A stretch of 51,086 nucleotides of DNA, from positions 14,478 through 65,563 of the forward strand of contig CAYGHR010000001.1 of assembly GCA_964349715.1 (NCBI GenBank), in the 5' to 3' direction. Origin of the DNA: an uncultured Peptococcaceae bacterium. Lineage in GTDB: Bacteria; Bacillota; UBA994. The notes under the pieces are model-generated. The model ran no database searches, had not been told where the DNA came from, and saw only the letters and a list, made by a program, of their open reading frames with translations. Made by a program: the position numbers and the translations under genes. Shown here one piece after another: positions 47,102 through 51,086 of this stretch. The number at the start of each line of letters is the position of its first letter. The stretch's first letter is position 1.

Positions 47102-49180
47102 TTATGGCCTAAATATTACGCGCACGCCCGTGCCTACCGGCACAGGCACGAGAGGCAGCGGGTCTTGTTCGACTGCCGTCCCTGTCCCCTCGATAATAAT
47201 GCGCAACCCCAAACTTTCGATGCGCAGGCTGGCATCCCGCATAGTCAAACCGCGGACGTCCGGCACTACGGCAGTAGTGCCCAAGAGGGGTTGCTCCCCT
47301 AAAGTTACAATCACCGTAGTGCCGGCAGCAACTTCTGCCCCCGGCTTTGGAGTCTGATCGATAATTGCGACACCTGCCTGCTCCATGCGTAAGTTAAGCC
47401 CTAAGTCGCGCAAATGGGCTACCGCTGCCGTGGTGGTGAGCCCCCTAAGTTCGGGCACGACGATTAGGCTCGGCTGCAACTCCGCGGGGGCATTGGAGAG
47501 AGGCTCGATGTCTAGATAGCGCAGGATATCTACCATCATAGCACGGAAAGCAGGTGCGGCGACTTGACTGCCGTAGTAGCCGTAGGGGCCGCGAGGGTCG
47601 CGCACCATAACCAAGAGCGCTACCTGAGGGTCATCGGCCGGCGCGAAGCCTATAAACGAGGCGATGTATCGGTCGGGTAGATATCCGCCTCCCGGAGCGG
47701 GAATTTGCGCGGTACCGGTCTTCCCCGCGATGCGAAAGCCGGGAATAAAGGCGTTGCGTCCCGAGCCATGTACAACCGCGCTCTCAAGCAGCGCACTTAG
47801 TCTGCTTGCTGTCTCGCCGGTCACCGGTCGGGCCACCTCTTCTGCGGCAATGCTTTCCACCACTTCGCCGGCGCGGTCCTTGACTTGGTTAACCAAGCGA
47901 GGACGCATCAAGACGCCGCCGTTGGCAATAGCGGATATTGCTGCCACCTGTTGCAGAGGGGTCACAGCCGGACCTTGCCCAAAGCTTGTGGTAGCCAACT
48001 CGACCGGGCCGACTTGCCTAAACATGATCCCCGCTGCCTCGCCGGGGAGGTCGACGCCCGTTCTTCTGCCAAAGCCAAAGTCCGAGATATACCTAAAGAG
48101 CACATCTTGCCCGAGCTTCTGCCCCACATTGACAAAGCCGGGATTGCACGAGAGATCCATTACTTCGCTGAAGTTAAGACTGCCGTGCCCCCGTGTCCTC
48201 CAGCAGGCGAGGCGTACACCCGCTACGACAACATACCCCGGGCAATAGAAACGGTCCGTTTCCGTTACCGCGTCCTCGTTTAGCCCTGCGGCCGCGGTCA
48301 CTAACTTAAAAGTAGAGCCCGGTTCAAAGCTGTCGGACACCGTCGTATTGCGCCGCAGCTCCTCGGGATAGGCGTTTCCACGATTTGGGTCAAAGCTCGG
48401 GCGACTGGCCATGGCCAAAACCTCGCCGGTCTTTGGATTCATTGCCACAGCGAGGGCGGATTGTGCCTGGTGTTTTGTCATGGCTAGGTCGAGTTCCCGC
48501 TCCACTATATGCTGGATTACTTCGTCAATTGTCAGGACTAGACTTCTACCGTCAACGGGAGGCACGTACTCGGGACTGGCGTTAGGCAGCGGGTTGCCCT
48601 TATTGTCGGTGGGAGTACGCACCTTTCCTGCTGTGCCGCGCAAGACGGCATCGTAGGTTAGCTCAACTCCACCGAGCCCCTGTCCGTCTCTGCCAACAAA
48701 GCCAAGTACGTGGCTAGCCAACGTGGCAAGGGGATAGAAACGGGCAGTTTCAATTTCAAAATGAATACCCCGCAGCCCAAGCGCCCTCACCGCTGCTGCC
48801 TGCGCGGGCGTCACCCTTCTCGCCACATAAACCCGCGACTGCCGGCGGGTCAATAGCTCATAGATAGTATCTTCGTCCACTCCTAGCACCCCGGCAAGTT
48901 TGCTTGCCGTCTCTCTAGGTTCCGTCACCCTAGCTGGGCTCGCAACGATAGTGTCGACGTCAGCGCTGATGGCAAGTTCACGTCCACGGCGGTCGTAAAC
49001 AACCCCACGCTTGGGATCGACCGGCGCATCCCGCATCCATTGCGCTACCGCCAAGCGTGTCAACATGGGCCCGCGGACAAACTGCAGGAAACCTAGTCGC
49101 AGGACAAGTGCAAACAACCCCACCACCAAGATGGCAAGCAACATGCCCGCCCTAGTTCGAAAGTTCTTCGGAGTTGACAC
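47102..49180 (-). CDS. Class B penicillin-binding protein (FtsI/PBP2B/SpoVD-type) with C-terminal PASTA domains
   Basis: ORF 47102..49180. GSTFK, SCN and KTGTA transpeptidase motifs are present. Two C-terminal PASTA-like repeats (VPELRGLT.., VPDVRGLT..). GTG start follows GGAGGAG. Confidence 0.92.
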   Translation of the reverse strand: MSTPKNFRTRAGMLLAILVVGLFALVLRLGFLQFVRGPMLTRLAVAQWMRDAPVDPKRGVVYDRRGRELAISADVDTIVASPARVTEPRETASKLAGVLGVDEDTIYELLTRRQSRVYVARRVTPAQAAAVRALGLRGIHFEIETARFYPLATLASHVLGFVGRDGQGLGGVELTYDAVLRGTAGKVRTPTDNKGNPLPNASPEYVPPVDGRSLVLTIDEVIQHIVERELDLAMTKHQAQSALAVAMNPKTGEVLAMASRPSFDPNRGNAYPEELRRNTTVSDSFEPGSTFKLVTAAAGLNEDAVTETDRFYCPGYVVVAGVRLACWRTRGHGSLNFSEVMDLSCNPGFVNVGQKLGQDVLFRYISDFGFGRRTGVDLPGEAAGIMFRQVGPVELATTSFGQGPAVTPLQQVAAISAIANGGVLMRPRLVNQVKDRAGEVVESIAAEEVARPVTGETASRLSALLESAVVHGSGRNAFIPGFRIAGKTGTAQIPAPGGGYLPDRYIASFIGFAPADDPQVALLVMVRDPRGPYGYYGSQVAAPAFRAMMVDILRYLDIEPLSNAPAELQPSLIVVPELRGLTTTAAVAHLRDLGLNLRMEQAGVAIIDQTPKPGAEVAAGTTVIVTLGEQPLLGTTAVVPDVRGLTMRDASLRIESLGLRIIIEGTGTAVEQDPLPLVPVPVGTGVRVIFRP

Positions 49181-49198
49181 GCTCTTCTCCTCCTAGAT

Positions 49199-49567
49199 CT
49201 AGTTGCCGCCGCTTGCCCCCACCGTGAGCACCTGCGCTGCTGTCGGTGTCCGCATGCCAAGTCGTTCCCGCGCCACTCGTTCAATGTGGGCAGTTGACCC
49301 AAGCCTCGCCACTTCTACTCGCAACGTAGCATTTGTAGCTTCCAGCGCAGTAACCTGTGCTGAGAGCTCACGCAAAGTGCGGTTCCTAGCAACGATAGTA
49401 GCTTCTCTCGCCACCGCACCGAAGGCGAGGACGCCAAACACCATGAGTATAAACGCCAAGCGGTAAACATTCTTTAGCCGGCGTTGTTGGCGAGGTATCT
49501 CCAGCGGAGCGGGCTTCGACTGGGGGGGAAGCGGCATCCTCGGTAAGGGCTTTGCGGCTAGTATCAC
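49199..49567 (-). CDS. ftsL: Cell division protein FtsL-like (septum formation initiator family)
   Basis: ORF 49199..49567. Pro-rich N-terminus, single TM (YRLAFILMVFGVLAFGAV), then a leucine-zipper-like coiled coil. Position between rsmH and the PBP gene. Confidence 0.8.
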   Translation of the reverse strand: MILAAKPLPRMPLPPQSKPAPLEIPRQQRRLKNVYRLAFILMVFGVLAFGAVAREATIVARNRTLRELSAQVTALEATNATLRVEVARLGSTAHIERVARERLGMRTPTAAQVLTVGASGGN

Positions 49568-49595
49568 AGCTATTCACTCCCCTTATGTGTTAGAA

Positions 49596-50522
49596 CTATA
49601 GGCGCTCTGCTGCGCGCAGTCGAGCACTGCGACTACGCGGGTTAGCCTCTATCTCGCCCATCGAGGGGGAGATGGCCTTGCGCGATAGCAGTCGGAGCGT
49701 GGGCTTAACATGACAGACACACTGCGGAATCCCCGGAGGACACGTGCACTCTTTGGCGCTAGTTACCATGAATTGCTTTACAGCCCTGTCCTCTAGCGAA
49801 TGAAACGAGATGCAACAGATGCGACCCCCGCGCTCTAGTGCTTGTACAGCCTTAGGTAGAGCTTCCCTGAGAGCATTAAGCTCATCGTTAACGGCTATGC
49901 GCAGTGCCTGAAACGTCCTGCGCGCGGGATGTTGATCTTCTTTGTCCCTCACACCTTTAGGAATCGCGGCTTTGATGATGCTCACTAATTCCTGCGTGGT
50001 CTCGATTGCTCTCTCGGCTCTGGCTTTGACTATGAAGGCGGCAATTCGCTTGTGCCACCGCTCCTCGCCGTACTCCCGCAGTATCCTCGCTAGCGTAGCT
50101 TCCGGATAGGTGTTGATGACTTCGTAAGCACTGTCTTGACGCCGTTCGTCCATGCGCATGTCTAACTTGGCGTCATGCAGGTAGGAGAACCCCCTCCAAG
50201 AGCTGTCTAGCTGCGGGCTAGACACACCGAAATCAAAGAGCACTTTGTTTACCCGCTTGACATCGACTAGTGCCAGCGCCGAATCCAACTGGCGGAAGTC
50301 ACAGCGGACAAACCTAAAGGCAGGCTCACCCTGAAGCTCTGTTGCAGCTACTAAAGCTGCCGCATCGACATCCAGTCCAATGACTAAACCCCTAGGTCCG
50401 ACAAACTTGAGCATCTCGCGCGTGTGCCCGCCGCGCCCAAAAGTGCAGTCTAACACCTTGTCGCCCGGTTTTAGGTCAAGCGCGGCTAGAGTCTGCTCCA
50501 ACAAAACGGGCACGTGCTCCAC
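49596..50522 (-). CDS. rsmH: 16S rRNA (cytosine1402-N4)-methyltransferase RsmH (MraW)
   Basis: ORF 49596..50522. HVPVLLEQ, DCTFGRGGH, FDFGVSSPQLD and ISFHSLEDR motifs are present. Confidence 0.95.
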   Translation of the reverse strand: MEHVPVLLEQTLAALDLKPGDKVLDCTFGRGGHTREMLKFVGPRGLVIGLDVDAAALVAATELQGEPAFRFVRCDFRQLDSALALVDVKRVNKVLFDFGVSSPQLDSSWRGFSYLHDAKLDMRMDERRQDSAYEVINTYPEATLARILREYGEERWHKRIAAFIVKARAERAIETTQELVSIIKAAIPKGVRDKEDQHPARRTFQALRIAVNDELNALREALPKAVQALERGGRICCISFHSLEDRAVKQFMVTSAKECTCPPGIPQCVCHVKPTLRLLSRKAISPSMGEIEANPRSRSARLRAAERL

Positions 50523-50536
50523 CCTGACACCTCTTC

Positions 50537-50965
50537 TCAGATTGGGGTTTGCAGCTCCTCTGCCAAAGCCTCATAGTCGCTCTGCACCGATTGCTTGTAA
50601 CGCGCCCAGTTCGCGGCACTCCAGATTTCCACCCTGCTGTTAGCACCAATGACTACGGTCTCTCCTGCCAGTCCCGCATATTCACGCTGATGAATCGGAA
50701 GGTTGACGCGGCCTTGCTTGTCACACTCGCACTCCTGGGCATTAGCAAAGAACAGACGTGAGAAAGCGCGAGCATTGCTTTGCGTCGTAGCCAGTCCCCG
50801 CAACCTCTCCGCTATAGTCTCCCATTCCGCCATAGCATAGACAAAAAGACAGCCATCTAGCCCATGCGTGGTGACAAAGGACGAGCCAAGCCGCTCGCGA
50901 AACTTCGCCGGCAGTGACAACCTTCCTTTTTCATCAATAGAGTGCACATACTGCCCCACGAACAT
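50537..50965 (-). CDS. mraZ: Transcriptional regulator MraZ
   Basis: ORF 50537..50965. MFVGQYVHSIDEKGRLSLPAKFRE, and a second SpoVT/AbrB-like half with DKQGRVNLP. RBS is AAAGGAGG. Confidence 0.95.
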   Translation of the reverse strand: MFVGQYVHSIDEKGRLSLPAKFRERLGSSFVTTHGLDGCLFVYAMAEWETIAERLRGLATTQSNARAFSRLFFANAQECECDKQGRVNLPIHQREYAGLAGETVVIGANSRVEIWSAANWARYKQSVQSDYEALAEELQTPI

Positions 50966-50980
50966 CTAGCTAGACCTCCT

Positions 50981-51007
50981 TTCATCCCACTTCATACCAC
51001 TATTCAC
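50981..51007 (-). repeat. Direct decamer repeats in the mraZ leader (candidate MraZ operator)
   Basis: The plus strand reads TTCATCCCAC TTCATACCAC TATTCAC, equal to minus strand GTGAATA GTGGTATGAA GTGGGATGAA. There are two in-phase 10-mers plus a degenerate third copy, immediately upstream of the RBS. Confidence 0.5.
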
Positions 51008-51056
51008 CTCATTGTGGGTAATTTTCGCCACCACCTAGGGCGTTCCTGCTTGTCCG

Positions 51057-51086
51057 AAAAAAAAATTTCCCCACTTTGTGTGGGGA
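51057..51086 (-). terminator. Rho-independent terminator of the gene upstream of the dcw cluster (touches the window edge)
   Basis: The minus strand reads TCCCCAC-ACAAA-GTGGGGA followed by AATTTTTTTTT (9 T). Confidence 0.7.

Overview
This is a 51-kb core-chromosome segment from an endospore-forming Firmicute, probably Clostridia-like. It looks GC-rich by eye; I did not compute GC. Nearly all genes are on the minus strand; only ylbJ, rpmB and rqcH are on plus. Reading the minus strand from high to low coordinates: (1) dcw cluster mraZ-rsmH-ftsL-classB PBP-murE-murF-mraY-ftsW-murG-murA-ftsQ-DUF881-sbp-ftsA-ftsZ; (2) spoIIGA-sigE-sigG-spoIIR; (3) ylmC and nrdR; (4) HlyD-like adaptor-yggS-sepF-yggT-divIVA-Asp/Glu racemase-small membrane protein-lspA-rluD-pyrR; (5) rqcH(+), Ca-ATPase, yicC, remA, rpoZ, priA, def, fmt, Zn-peptidase, rsmB, rlmN, prpC, prkC, rsgA, rpe; (6) a micro-protein pair (54-aa ORF plus spoVM) missing from the ORF track; (7) rpmB(+), yloU, yloV, an alpha/beta SASP, rsmD, coaD, ylbJ(+), ackA, yceD, rpmF and a partial plsX. 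From memory, gene order is largely colinear with the B. subtilis ylb/dcw/ylm/ylo region but compacted. I saw no rRNA, tRNA, CRISPR, transposase, integrase, toxin-antitoxin or recognisable defence genes, and no evidence for a large novel multi-gene system. The most unusual items are small-scale: two opposed arrays of 7-bp tandem repeats between ackA and ylbJ; a sigma-E-type promoter driving an unannotated 54-aa membrane protein plus SpoVM; a contiguous spoIIGA-sigE-sigG-spoIIR module with sigG and spoIIR overlapping; sporulation-type promoter architectures at spoIIGA and ftsA; and an orphan HlyD-like adaptor and a racemase embedded in the division cluster. All promoter and terminator calls come from visual motif matching and are hypotheses.
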